Below the pieces are notes generated by a model that was not told where the DNA came from, did no database searches, and saw only the letters and a list, made by a program, of their open reading frames with translations. DNA of 64,000 bases, taken from NCBI GenBank assembly GCA_000165345.1, contig CM000435.1, forward strand, positions 320,001 to 384,000, in the 5' to 3' direction. The position numbers and the translations under genes were made by a program. The first letter of the stretch is position 1; the number at the start of each line of letters is the position of its first letter. Below, in pieces: positions 12,001 through 19,900 of this stretch.

Positions 12001-12313
12001 ATTTCTTTTTCTTCCTTCCATGAGTAACTTTTTTTGAGCCTGCATCAGATTCAGACAACTCATCATATCTCATTCCAGGAATCGGATATCTAGGCAATTT
12101 ACCAGTATCCGGATGTTTTTTCCTTCTCTCTGCATCCAATTTACCCATACTGTGAGAAGGTGAAGATTCTGAAGCTTCTACAACGAAGCCAACTCCACAA
12201 ATTCCTTCATTTTTAAATAAACCTATATTCGCATCAAAAAATATTATATTCAATAAAAAAACTGCCAAAAATCCCACCTTCCTGCTTCTTAGAGCATTAA
12301 AAGGCGTCCACAT
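1..12313 (-). CDS. Very large (>4100 aa within window) protein of unknown function, C-terminally truncated by the window edge; probable N-terminal signal peptide/anchor
   Basis: Manual translation of the minus strand gives one uninterrupted frame from ATG (complement of 'cat' at 12311-12313) down to position 1. The N-terminus reads MWTPFNALRSRKVGFLAVFLLNIIFFDANIG, which is hydrophobic. It is followed by a K/S/E-rich low-complexity linker (SKKKRSRSGSGSKPRKSSSGSTSS) and then >3800 aa of ordinary-composition sequence. It is absent from the ORF track, presumably because no stop lies inside the window. The listed ORFs 8010..9612 (+) and 11773..12066 (-) sit inside or antisense to it. Confidence 0.7.
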   Translation of the reverse strand, partial: MWTPFNALRSRKVGFLAVFLLNIIFFDANIGLFKNEGICGVGFVVEASESSPSHSMGKLDAERRKKHPDTGKLPRYPIPGMRYDELSESDAGSKKVTHGRKKKKSTKSKKRAEERSKSNEREEEKVSKKKRSRSGSGSKPRKSSSGSTSSDSKEESSMPSGKSKKSTQTDQAIGIGNNSLNHKSTNTDEKFTKRERRKIDKSKLSMSEYKSYLPGTDSIWQDPSNRKTYKHLNPQYGDYFPKIATKPYRKSNECSALFDSAKKAFENKEIKIHPADFVGLSLTFAVKLREVLGHYVTIQETCLMLRMLLHLYSGMRTRTQFLNIIAAVLQNDILLGRISDDSGIINEVMYILDYFLQLPKHRADTKSKQMSAIEISDYFHLEAFPKDNSFESRILPFYRRIAEKLMHEIEKRLGIVIARDEVMSMVYIMLNFIEEERSQEQCTEVIAAVIGATYTNPLTTDQLTEIANMARDILGCKASSGKTMDRTQIMDIFGPERTVIEMRQTALVGGPMSDTVRIWKEIGILDYLGRVISVRFNDCNGIKAWEMNRICSMLEVMNKKLIKTGSSSDIITLEELCGAFKYKKRHPGTKWPLAINTTLQKRQNGLPVKIDKLFSHFLAHEKRKLASLEGSTKTRMEKFYMIPEFPKPSFLDSIIPSSPAQGIPPADHLKPDFFYAFNSMPGWIQNRFIFASAFMEEILVKHGNFVHISPVRLYNALGGRLDENSDVSLVIQGLGLTQEQYKALPKAFCGYEKKLFNEHNSSFSPISIDNYFEALYEYPLASYVEGKYLIEAAVNVLDIMNQYLEAANEGVMTEIFPQLVTQERLQRVYLFQGFINSRIKAYSNNNISFITTEEANRILQGCVDNNKVSYVNEMRSNLNPEHFTDSLIEILAQEWSNYESFILPQVLDLDSDGQGALGSVYSMEMTFAALTLDGWELLIDPTIYLRNLANGESLFLNYSANSVKETTARENRSRLIYNWMQQYFIYKLRKIPKFNYEELRTLVEALPNEANLSEDIIKQIIQGNQSLNLSDSLAEDLTFALMAYLIFEKYFLYTRNPDLEGGFATEIDLVNGKIFIPSCVWTFVKDRDDYSSSDIENQSVIHFADLTLAYLTRLFQTQPQSQDLFIKVLKWANSQNLNDDSIFFDYLLSIEDFKLYIQHNTRLSHNSHIFLVPWVDHLPTNYQFRRLRSLPSGTSPGLPSEGPGQDQDGDQAQRSQRAAQILSEIERLSLEHSALLDELNAQVNKEDTALFVVEKIRNDIHNLLLELGTLSSTLLSSAMMILSKRMIAPSINISDTHNMSNLGVHIGENGEITFDEELAEKGLSGVFIPALVLGNINPETGILEPPPPGFDPELSCSTQNINRMQAFRIWLSSVLPRMPFHCSDPLLARDLLSVRNLLPAFVTFGFSQDSNILATSLVGFTSSHPFPMALSSLNIIVKYFIADENSVFLALDRPATNLEEAYQDLRMIAGFYKKKTTLPLLEIPTIFSFTPNLELLGSTNSNDLGNHSQANARVNFLDYLERITAEYFASSPRRMPTIAIPRLTNLAMNFSNDFEKLVFLITSIFGPMSPYISAPSIGASANSLAEFYILNLPFSDIMDSHYIENEFKNTHLEFGSPINKILLTSVQSDDQLLDFKHTFLSAHFFSSDEAYFGSFLAMSDLISLALSYTTSKTGISADLNSETFKQISFSFITGQNLLEIVRTSIDLSGQNLENLAGNIFYSTFAKSLSFLISQFTPYVESSDNRIVAEEILQSAISDIYTKGFYPENVRYELVNRITLFIDFDSDKYQFMFADLEESLNSRELSFPRNLSTHSQKLNQRFLTQTSEVALVSGQNHVTRTPICNYALVFSYFIVKVLEKPQNKDKIGKLDPLDYSNVSIWSGFCGLKNFEYLSYRSVLISIIKNLSMKIFGPLDASEIDKLVILIDFFDQNVRKIVLKYNPNLSQDCSNETLFSNLDACLAAMSRYMSENDIILDDLQLSNSSTLQFSDEISSNHFSLLSSQEESMARVMFRSVLESVFFSNSFSELEDVPGINRQISFDFFSEAPLDSELKPESIVIESFDDLYRKLPFNLKPIKLNSGSKSQSSIAISYLDVEEIPRGERYELKNSFLHDKKIICVNRAVFFLHWWLITWPKIPFYANDFVLAELLSNIEILAQAFQTSCMMTSPDVIFSSISKQISGISGVSLKKRHIYLMIDSFLNFENKALKFSGAKDLESAYSNDTGMLNSIFSIDLKIPEIPIPKGNLVTSVRPENKNLSQYLFRIISEYFAANPRNYPTIIIPNTSFIAKHFDLNRNSLAYVLYIWSEFEESNSIRIFFQAPTIGASYEDLADFIIENFELNFLNFSSSNSYLQFFTDQIFSTFFKFGSPLFRVKNIPLRLSCSRIEDSCNPFIPKLGLSEIEEELLGENIKLIVSRSSVIASQKMSLSPTSEIITSFSTSDVSEAIMLGINVLDAVRVHGFGTIKLKENLVIINKFSLLFSKIFSRFISRLLESFHIPNFNKPALDLRFTQLKTLSARTYNVFSQFTSDLISLTLFSNEDLNSLLKVISLDDLIPAEKYQAFYAVSTSDSSRGMMTVYTKSTGIPLNLQITRFNYIYCFIHYLLHILSRIGMSHFYISFKHHNLLNFENVVRATAISIHEGIPESVFTLISHKDKFSLGNFTIDDIRRIYIQYKSHTNNFFSGGSIQLAFASSENLTPFIQSLFAATKYDQNNDSVPLIFLNEFENKEFLHFSPKSQSLSSSITTEEILNNNFHLNNAFYSFKETSFITGSFVKPWVPFVMGLGSEKHSSVYSEASNDHLVRFDPGHVQLRKKLKQVYSLNQNLDLSSDYNSLVDLGQATFESGVISLHNGQDSPDENQFRNNFNGLRLHVLNRAVLFREWLIRIWDISPAIGRDPLFVDFLNDFKSIIGIFEGAEIRQGASLRIDLQTQLIHKTGRFLPKLLSPIIAAYNEFEERMVEESGGSNISKILESGIAGLFLLSLPINDPFQRKRCQIKNKAWGEGHDSYRRSQIHDFVTQKLVEYLSAAPRSAFTIDIPDVSVILDNYSIELPHKTKCAIEFWARDRPDLISAPSLGLDPDSIFSFLSSFLTTKELDQDNLEIPIERYILSYGLLNEYPIQDAYSYYGDLTFAFREYDNLHETLVASMLSDSVTINAAVDLFRIIAANVLDTYDFNHYASEDIEDEQEYENGDSYIDYSLGLDYKTFSMRVLLGVSESFSARKLFEPIQILKSAKDLNKISSDFLRKISVLKLCVYDTNPEFLFYEYYSAEIILSLQRSGLKITETDMFSLLLNHILINFAREFISKPQLIADCFSNFKFKQRPSYFSTVPEFGHVSQNTGLITSSFKNLGFTGLQESFVPHVNLLVYYLKSLNSIVNHPGNRIILSIPASINFMSTSILLRASSCSQVTNQGFLCIAQMILNSLVEIGSDVGNLTVDALTEILDSLFDIVGDISYSSYSKLDSPIKDIDPTKNRKYQKSIYSNYNQNLLSLLFGNIESLERIINSKFERGFFDIRTLSKSLGDSYNTDPLINAQLSIVQSSYYRKKDPFKLIAVLRIIPTFNVDSSKKREPLTLNKFLAQMNLLEVLDFTVGIFPTVLLISKLDGNMIISNDGSFPPTSIKIANRAATFHSFIHITTHQYSDNVSSFAILPNNGGGNNRAGISLEDCINFFSAYSGMDILESTPKISKYFKNIEFYKAYLLLDSFYAIEKQLFGLDAIKETAEDGYFNVGRVIGIIDNFIPLRLNLEIPKFEGEEAKNLGRIIFYLGLRFIKNEKVRAELTLGKCISIARSFWPSESDYNYTTSKHSNTGYYALLSIFENLSSIRKFPMLAQEFLIMLNWYIYNAMGSDPSIRDFSNPLQIFRKRVEFLRKAFSKPFVCSEKDLPWLKPGLEYSGVSFQEFNFIMYVATAWRTYLESKVYKGPINIDNDEWSEILKHARPGLISMLDSLSHGISLKSPFSISIFNFLTYNLIGEHSPDIYEDEEMLKHIEVFLDQIQRFARIRHPGIINVSFLWPAVDCEPSPTNSKSTSSVSSGKMVVPGLTFPLALNSIGSSDNLSRSRLSKSTTKEIFIDSFGEFFQEKEIPSGLEDYNTDAGTVTTDTYSDS

Positions 12314-12340
12314 TTTTTCTTCCTGTATTGCCACAAATTC

Positions 12341-12356
12341 TGCATGCATGCATGCA
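12341..12356. promoter_or_regulatory. tgcatgcatgcatgca, a triple-overlapping TGCATGCA element 30 bp upstream of the giant gene start
   Basis: It is seen directly and lies in the ~1 kb divergent spacer shared with the mucin gene. Confidence 0.45.
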
Positions 12357-13346
12357 ATTCACCTGAGTGGCAACAAAATTACCTTAAATTATTATTATTA
12401 CCAGTTTAAATCCTATTTTCAATTTATCTTACTATTCCCCTATTATTTATTAAATTTATTTATTATCAAAATATGTTCCTGCTAATATATCAATATTTTC
12501 TAAAACCACTAAAATTCCAAAACTTAATTCCCTTGTTCTATTATTACTCCTTTGAATTATAATCCTGTATAAATAAATAAATATAAATATATATATATAT
12601 GTACTCACATAAATAAGCTTTATTTGGTATGTAATTATGCATATATATATTAATATGTATTTACATGCAAGTTCTTCTTATACAGGTAATCCAACCTTTT
12701 TTGTTCTTTTAACAAAAATTTTGAAAACAAATTCTCTCTACTATCTAAAAATTAGTATCGCGACCTCAAAAGATACGTTATTATTGTTTTTACTAATATT
12801 CAACTATTTACTTAGATATCCTGTACCGATATTTTACCCGTGTATCCTTGTTTTCATGTGGGGCAGGATTCCCGCCTAATTAATAAATGTCATTTATTAA
12901 AATTTATTAATAGAGAAAGAAATCCCACGTATAAATCAGAATTCCTTTTTTTTCTTTAAACTTAAAAGATTTTTAAAAATTAATAATTAATAATTTCCTT
13001 CCTTATTTTTATCTCTTTTTCATATTTTTACTAATGAATCAATTACAAACCCCTATTATTTAATACCATAACAAATAAAAAATTTGCCCGTCAGACATTT
13101 CTACCCACCCGCCACCCCCCAAACATTTGTTTCCATCTGTTAGTAATAATAAATCTGTCAGGCGCCACGAGTGCGACAACAAGCGGCATATATTTGAACT
13201 TGAAATTTATTGTGATCTATAATTATTACGCTAAAATTGTTAATTATTAATGATGTTAGGTCTTCACTATTTTCATTCTACGAAATAATTTTTAAATTCA
13301 TTTATAAGATACATTCTTATTGAAGAACACATTTATTTTGAGAAAC

Positions 13347-13910
13347 ATGAGATTCTATTTATTTTTTTTCGCTCTTTTAGTCTTCTTCGTTGCTACCAAT
13401 GCAGTAAGAATTAGAGGTGGTGAACAAAACAAACTTGAATCCGAAACACCTGAAGAAACTACTACTACCACCACAACCACAGCTCAGCCAGACTCTACTT
13501 CTGACGAAGATACCACTACCACTACTACTACTACTACCACTACTACTACTACTACTACTACCACCACTACTACTACTGAAGCTCCAGAACCTGTCGAAAC
13601 CAAAGAGGGTGAAGAGACTGACGAAAACACTGACGAAACTACTACCACTACTACTACTGCATCTCCAAAGCCTAAATCTCCATCATATAAAGACAGACTC
13701 CTCTCATTCTTCGGCAGTAATGGCGGCAGTATGTTCGGTCTCGGAAAGAGCAGCACTACTACTACTACTACTACTGCCCCTGTTTCCTCTGAGGATAATA
13801 AGCCAGAAGATTCTGAGGACGAAAAAGAGTCAGAATCTGAGAGTGATTCCTCAAACGAAGGTTCTTCAAATTCGGAGGATTCTGAGGAGAAGACCAGGAA
13901 AACTGAATAA
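13347..13910 (+). CDS. Small secreted mucin-like Thr-rich glycoprotein with acidic Ser-rich C-terminal tail
   Basis: The track ORF begins at TTG 13320; the first ATG is at 13347. The product starts MRFYLFFFALLVFFVATNAVRIRGG, a signal peptide. It has uninterrupted Thr runs (T8, T23, T7, T7) typical of O-glycosylated mucin domains. The tail is SEDNKPEDSEDEKESESESDSSNEGSSNSEDSEE. Confidence 0.8.
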   Translation: MRFYLFFFALLVFFVATNAVRIRGGEQNKLESETPEETTTTTTTTAQPDSTSDEDTTTTTTTTTTTTTTTTTTTTTTEAPEPVETKEGEETDENTDETTTTTTTASPKPKSPSYKDRLLSFFGSNGGSMFGLGKSSTTTTTTTAPVSSEDNKPEDSEDEKESESESDSSNEGSSNSEDSEEKTRKTE

Positions 13911-14717
13911 AATCATTAGCAAGCTATTCCACAGATTTGGGATAGATCCCATGGTATTTTATCTTGATTTCTCTCAAATCTGGCTGGTGAAATTTTTGTA
14001 TTTATAGTCTGTTTTTCTGTGAGGTTACAGCCCCTGCTAATTTTTAATTTCATTTATTTATCCGGTTTTTAACAAGTGTCGTAACATCTCCCCCTGAAGG
14101 TTAAGTATTTGTTCTTTTATAATGGTTTTTAGTTGCTGTTGTAGACTGAATTTTTGTTTTGTGGTCATCCGTCTTTAATCATCTGAATGTTTGTGTATAG
14201 TGTGCTGTTGCGTTTATAGGCCAATTTTTTCTTCAAATTAACCTTGAATCTATGATTCATCCTGTCTTTATTCTCAAAATCTCTCTTTTATTCATTTTGT
14301 TTTACTGCCTTTCTATTCTACCTGTTTTTCCTAACTATCATTTCTCCGATACTATTTCATTCATTTAACACCGGTACCATATGTGTACATTTCCCGCCTA
14401 AACCCTCAACCTGTAAATTACATGTAAATAATGCATTTGCACTAAAATAGTAAAGAATATAATTGCTTATTGCTATTAAAGAGAGTGATCGAATTTGGGG
14501 ATAAAATTAGTTTTAATTATAGAAGCATTGATATTGTCTAAATTTAAATACAAAATTATATTAAAGTAAAAGAATGGCATGGCTCGTATGAAAAAAGTGA
14601 GGGATTCCAAAGGAATTAAAGATATGGTTAAAAAAAAGATATAGAATAAAAGAGGGATAAAAGAGATCCATTTCTCTTATTTTAAGAAGTTTTGTGATTT
14701 TAAATAAAGTTTTTGAT

Positions 14718-16457
14718 ATGCTGAGATTTTTCTTGAATTTTGTAATTACATTCTTGTCATTAAGCTTTATTATTAATCAAGCTTATTGCATTAGAGTTGA
14801 ACCAAGAGTGACTAGTCTTTTAAATACTCCAATAAATGAAAACATCAGTGAGAGTCAATCTTGTGTGTTACAAACATTGAAAGAGTTAGTATCATCTAAT
14901 GGAAGAATTCCACCCAAAATTACTAAAAAAAGAATTCAACAAGCTGTACTTACTTGCAGGAAGAAGTTAGCTGCATGTGAATATCCAACCATAGCAGAAG
15001 AAACAATATTTATAACTTTAGGCCAATATGGACATCTATCTCAAATAGATACAGTTAAAGCTTTAAGTTTTATTAATGAAATTCAAAAAGGAATAACAAG
15101 TACTGTTGGATCTTATACACGTATGTATAAGTTAAGTCAAAACAATAATTTCTGTAAGCTATATGATGACTTTATCTTATCGGCTTATCCAAAAGAGTAT
15201 TATGTTTCATTTCTTCCAGAAGGTGGAGAAAGATGTCAGGAATTACTTAATAGATTAAAACAAAATGCATTCTATTCGTATTGGGGACAAGGAGGAATTG
15301 TAGCAGACCAAGCTCAACCAATTGTTGATGATAAGGTTTCAAATGACCCAATTAAAACCAAGGATATGGTTATAAATAATATTTTTGAAAATCCTCCAAA
15401 CAAAGAAACTCAAATAGAGGAATTTTCTAAGCCTGAAAGTGAAACCAATAATAAAACTGATTATAATAATGAAAATGAATATGAAAATGTTATTCATACC
15501 AAACAAGAAATCGACCATTTTGAACAAGAAATTGTGGAAGATTCCGGATGTTGTTCTTGTTGTTCTTGTTCATCTAAAAGGACAAAAACCAAGAAAGGAG
15601 AGAATAGTCAACCTCCAAAATTGGTTGACAGTTCTATGACTGAGGAAGAGTTAGAGTTGATTCGACTTGAACAAGAACTTGAGAAGGAGAATTCTGGTTG
15701 TTGTTCTTGTTCTAGTTCCAATAAAAAAAAGAAAGAAAAGAAACAAGTTAATGGGAATGAAATGTCAAATGATATTCTCCAAGATGGAATTATTAATAAT
15801 GAATTGAAAATGCACGAAGATAATAAAAATGAAGAAGACAATTCTTGTTGTGCCTCTTGTAGCTCAAAGAAGGAGAAAAAAAGCAAAACAAAAAATAAAG
15901 AAAAGGAAGTACAGAATGGTGAGACACAAAGAATGGATGAACAAACTCCCAAAACACTCGTTGAGACTTCTATGACTGAGGAAGAGTTAGAATTGATTCG
16001 ACTTGAACAAGAACTTGAGAAGGAGAATTCTGGTTGCTGTTCTTGTTCTAGTTCCAATAAAAAAAAGAGTAAAAATGAGAAAAAAGATAAAAAACAGAAA
16101 AAGGGTAAAGATGAACAGGACAAAAAGGAAGAAAAGTTTGATCAACTACTAGAAGAGCAACAGGAGGGTGAGGAACCAATTGAGGGAAACAAAAAAAGTA
16201 AAAAAGATAAAAAAGCCAAAAAAGATAAAAAGGATAAAAAAAGCAAAAAGAGTAAGAAAGATGAAAATGGAGTCCTAGTCAATTCTTTGCCTGAAGATAA
16301 AATGGAAGGTAAGAAATCAAGTTGTTGTTCAAGCTCTTGTAGTAGTAGCAGTGATAAAGCATCTGATGAAGAGTTAAAGGAGTTAGCTGAGTTGGAGAAG
16401 AGACTTCAAGAGGAAGAAGAAATGCTCCTCCAAAAAAAAAACGGGTTAAAAACATGA
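14718..16457 (+). CDS. Secreted repeat protein with Cys-cluster motifs (GCCSCCSC/CCSCSSS), a duplicated ~35-aa unit and a Lys-rich tail
   Basis: The track start 14694 is GTG; the first ATG is at 14718 (MLRFFLNFVITFLSLSFIINQAYC, a signal peptide). The unit SMTEEELELIRLEQELEKENSGCCSCSSSNKKK occurs twice. CC-S-CC clusters occur five times. The C-terminus has K-rich runs (KKDKKAKKDKKDKKSKKSKK). Confidence 0.7.
   Translation: MLRFFLNFVITFLSLSFIINQAYCIRVEPRVTSLLNTPINENISESQSCVLQTLKELVSSNGRIPPKITKKRIQQAVLTCRKKLAACEYPTIAEETIFITLGQYGHLSQIDTVKALSFINEIQKGITSTVGSYTRMYKLSQNNNFCKLYDDFILSAYPKEYYVSFLPEGGERCQELLNRLKQNAFYSYWGQGGIVADQAQPIVDDKVSNDPIKTKDMVINNIFENPPNKETQIEEFSKPESETNNKTDYNNENEYENVIHTKQEIDHFEQEIVEDSGCCSCCSCSSKRTKTKKGENSQPPKLVDSSMTEEELELIRLEQELEKENSGCCSCSSSNKKKKEKKQVNGNEMSNDILQDGIINNELKMHEDNKNEEDNSCCASCSSKKEKKSKTKNKEKEVQNGETQRMDEQTPKTLVETSMTEEELELIRLEQELEKENSGCCSCSSSNKKKSKNEKKDKKQKKGKDEQDKKEEKFDQLLEEQQEGEEPIEGNKKSKKDKKAKKDKKDKKSKKSKKDENGVLVNSLPEDKMEGKKSSCCSSSCSSSSDKASDEELKELAELEKRLQEEEEMLLQKKNGLKT
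15627..15735 (+). repeat. Copy 1 of an intragenic ~105-bp direct repeat (copy 2 at ~15958-16065)
   Basis: Near-identical nucleotide stretches 'tctatgactgaggaagagttaga(g/a)ttgattcgacttgaacaagaacttgagaaggagaattctggttg(t/c)tgttcttgttctagttccaataaaaaaaag' are seen twice inside the 14718..16457 CDS. Confidence 0.7.
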
Positions 16458-16778
16458 GATTTTGAAATTTCTATAGGTTTGAGCATTATTTGAAGAAAAG
16501 AAAGAGAAAGAAATAAATAAAGGAAAAAAGATTCTTGATAATGTTATCTAAGTGAGCTTCAGTTGAGTATTATTATCAAGTATTCAAACGATTAAGGAAA
16601 ACAAACTTAATAATGCAGAAAATTTATAAGAAAAAAAAAATCGAATTTATTAATAAAAATTTAATGTAGCAAAGAAAGAAAATGATTGCATGCATGCGCT
16701 AATTTTGCATGCAAATACACGTAATATAAATTAACAGAGGATGATATGTAATCCCAATCAGATAAAATTGGAAAAAAA

Positions 16779-16829
<51 letters not shown>

Positions 16830-16938
16830 CTTTCGTTCTTAAATAATGATTGCGTACATTAATTTTAATTATATTGCTGTGAAATTGATTGAATGAATAA
16901 ATAATAATAATAACATTAATATTAATATATACTTTGAA

Positions 16939-19900
16939 CTAAAACTTTGTAAGATTCTTTTCAGAACTTATTAAATCTGAAATATTGGCTATAATTGGCC
17001 ATTTTACATCAAATGCAATAGTTTTGTTTCTATTATATAAAATAGTTGAGTTTGTATTAGGGTTTTCTGACCCTGTATAACTTTCATTATAATCTTTTTT
17101 ATAAAGATGTCCTAAACCTCCAAAAGGTGGATCTTGAGATGGAGGAGGAATTTGGAGGTGATCATTTGTGTAAGATATTAGCTCTTGAGCAAGATTGACT
17201 GAAGTTAAGTTCTTAAATATATTTCTTTCCTTGATAAATAAGTCTAATAACTCTGATGAAATCATTTCTGAAATTGAAATATATTCACCAACAGTGCAAT
17301 TATTGTTGAACTCAATATTAGAATTATTATTAGAATCAATATTAATACATTTTGAAAATTCAGAATTCAAGAATATCTTATTTTTCAATTGGATTATAAA
17401 GTTTAAACTTTGAATAAGGGTAGGAAGAGCTTCATTTGAAATGTTTGACTTATTAATCTCATTAAGTTTTTGAGAAATAAAAGAACAAACATGTTTAACA
17501 AACCAATTAGAACGTCTAACTTCAATTGAAGAATTGTATTTAATCTTAGAAAGAGTATCCACAGCATTATTTAAGGTAAATAATGGATCCAATGATGGTA
17601 TAACCAAATCTTTAATTAGACTTTGTATGTCAGATTTATTCTTTAATTTTTCACTAGAACAGAAATCTGATAATACTTGACTAATTTTCATAAACTTTGC
17701 TCCACTTGTATTATATAAAGTGAATTTATTCAATTCACCAAGTATCTTAAGAATTTCATTATTTCCATAAGGTTGTATAATAATCTTTTCTAATGAGAAA
17801 TTACATATTACTGGTTTTGAATCATTCTTCATTTGAATATTAGCACTATAAGTATTTTTTGGAGTTCTTATAATAGAAATATCATAATCTCTTTTAAATC
17901 TAAATCTTTGAAGGAATTCTAAAGCTCTATATGAAATAAGTATTTGATAAGAATGTGATCTTAAGATACTTTCAATTATTGATAATACAAGAGTAGGATA
18001 TGAAATCCAAACCATAGAAAATACCTCATTTTGAAAGTTGGTTACTTTTGAAACCAAGTTTGAGACACGATGATTTGATGGATTAATCATAAAAAAGACA
18101 TTTTCAGATAAAAGTCCAGTTTGTACAATACTTGAGATTTGTTTTGAAAGATCACTTCTTTTTTCACTTAATGGTAAAAAGTATAAGTTCTTATCAGTAA
18201 CAAAAAGTTCTTCTTTTTCTAAAGTTGAAATTACTCTGGCATGAACCTTTCTAGTATTCAATTTTGAATGGAAAATAAACATCTTAGGAAGAACTGGTAC
18301 AGTTTTCAAACTTATATCATCTTTTAGATCAATTTCTGGATTTAAAATTATATTATCCATATTTCTAATCTTTGATTCTAATTTCCAAAATTCTAAAGCA
18401 TCTTTTTTATGTTTTTCAATCATTGAAACTGCTTCATTATTAAATTTATATGTATATTTTGAAGTATCATTAATTCCAAAGTACCAAAGTACATCATTAA
18501 AAGCAAAAGTATTGTTACTTTGATTAACAAATGTCATATTCATATTTAAAAATAATCTTCCATCAACAATGATCTTGAAAACTGTTTCGTTAGTTAAACT
18601 TTCATCTTGAGTTTGTTTTGAACATAACCATCCCATCGAATTCTGAGTTTCTAAATTTGAAAGATTTGTCTCATTAGAATAAAGTACACAAGGATCTAAG
18701 AATTGAATAAAATCAGAACTGGAATTTTTTAATTGTGTTGAGTTATTATTCTGAATAGTACGAACAATATAGGAAGAAATTGGGCCATCTCTAATAATTT
18801 TTGAGCTTGAGACATTATCACAATCAATTTCTGAACTAAATTTTAAACAAAAGCTGATAATTCTTTGTAAAGCTGCTAAACCCATTAAGTCTATCAAGAT
18901 TTTATCAAATTCTTTTGAGAAAGTATCATTTTGTAATATCATTTCTGATTTAGAATGATTCTTTCCAATCAAATTCTTGTTATTTTCTTCATTTTCAGTA
19001 ACTACTAATTGATTTACTTCTACCCAATCTAAAACATTAGATGGATTTTTTTCTTTAGGAACATCAATTGATCCAAATATTAGCTTATTTTTATCATATT
19101 TTAAGATCTTATCTTTATTTCCATTTCTAGACATATTTGATTTAGAATTGATTACTGATAAATGATTTGAACAAGGAAGTGAATTATGATCCGAAATTTT
19201 TTTAGAATTTGAGTTTACAGTAATACCAATTTCATTATTTGTATTATCAAAATTTTTATTAATATTTGTAAATTTTCGATCAAATGTTTGATTATTAAAT
19301 AGAGCTGACCATTCTCCCCAATATGTTTCATTAATTTTTGTAACAACTGGTAAAAATTCTTGTATTGTTGAAGAAACATTATTAATTGATATATTTAAAG
19401 CTTCATTTTCTTCAATATGACATTTAGTTAAATTTGAAACTCTAAAAAGTTCTCTTAGTTCAGCTTCAATAACACTATCCTCGGATTTTAGTAGAGACGG
19501 ATCAGAATCTGCATGCGATAAATGAAGATAATGACAAACTTTTTTTGAAAATAAAATATTTGATAACCAAGAACAAGGAAGTTGAGATTTTGGAGGTAAT
19601 TTTCTTCCATATTTTAAATGATAATATGAAGTACATGGTTTTAAAACTTCATCATTAGTAATAAGATCAACATATCTATCCCAATTATCAGAATGTATTT
19701 TTAGTTTTTTTAAAATTGAATCTTTGAGTTTGAAAGAATAATCACTAAATTCTGAGATTCTATCAGGATTACTGGAAGTAATCCAATCAGAAACAATGTT
19801 ATTTCCAAAAATAAGATTCTTTGTTTCTTTTAAGAAGAAATCTTGTAAAGTATTTAAAGTTTGAGATAGAGTGTTAGAGATAAGAATAATATTACTAAGT

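Noticed and set aside
8010-12066. Small track ORFs 8010..8240, 8289..8534, 9415..9612 (+) and 11773..12066 (-)
   Set aside because: All lie inside or antisense to the giant minus-strand CDS 1..12313. The 11773..12066 ORF is simply the +1 frame of its Lys/Ser-rich linker.
13417-14007. 196-aa Leu-rich ORF (+) and 90-aa Val-rich ORF (13484..13756, -) overlapping the mucin
   Set aside because: Both are alternate-frame or antisense readings of the ACT/ACC Thr-codon repeats. They have no signal peptide, and their composition is pure poly-L or poly-V. Only the Thr frame has a proper start and signal.
15608-16123. 171-aa minus-strand ORF inside the CC-cluster repeat gene
   Set aside because: It is antisense to a well-supported + strand CDS. 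It is low-complexity (S/F/L) and generated by the GAA/AAG-rich repeat. No start context is present.
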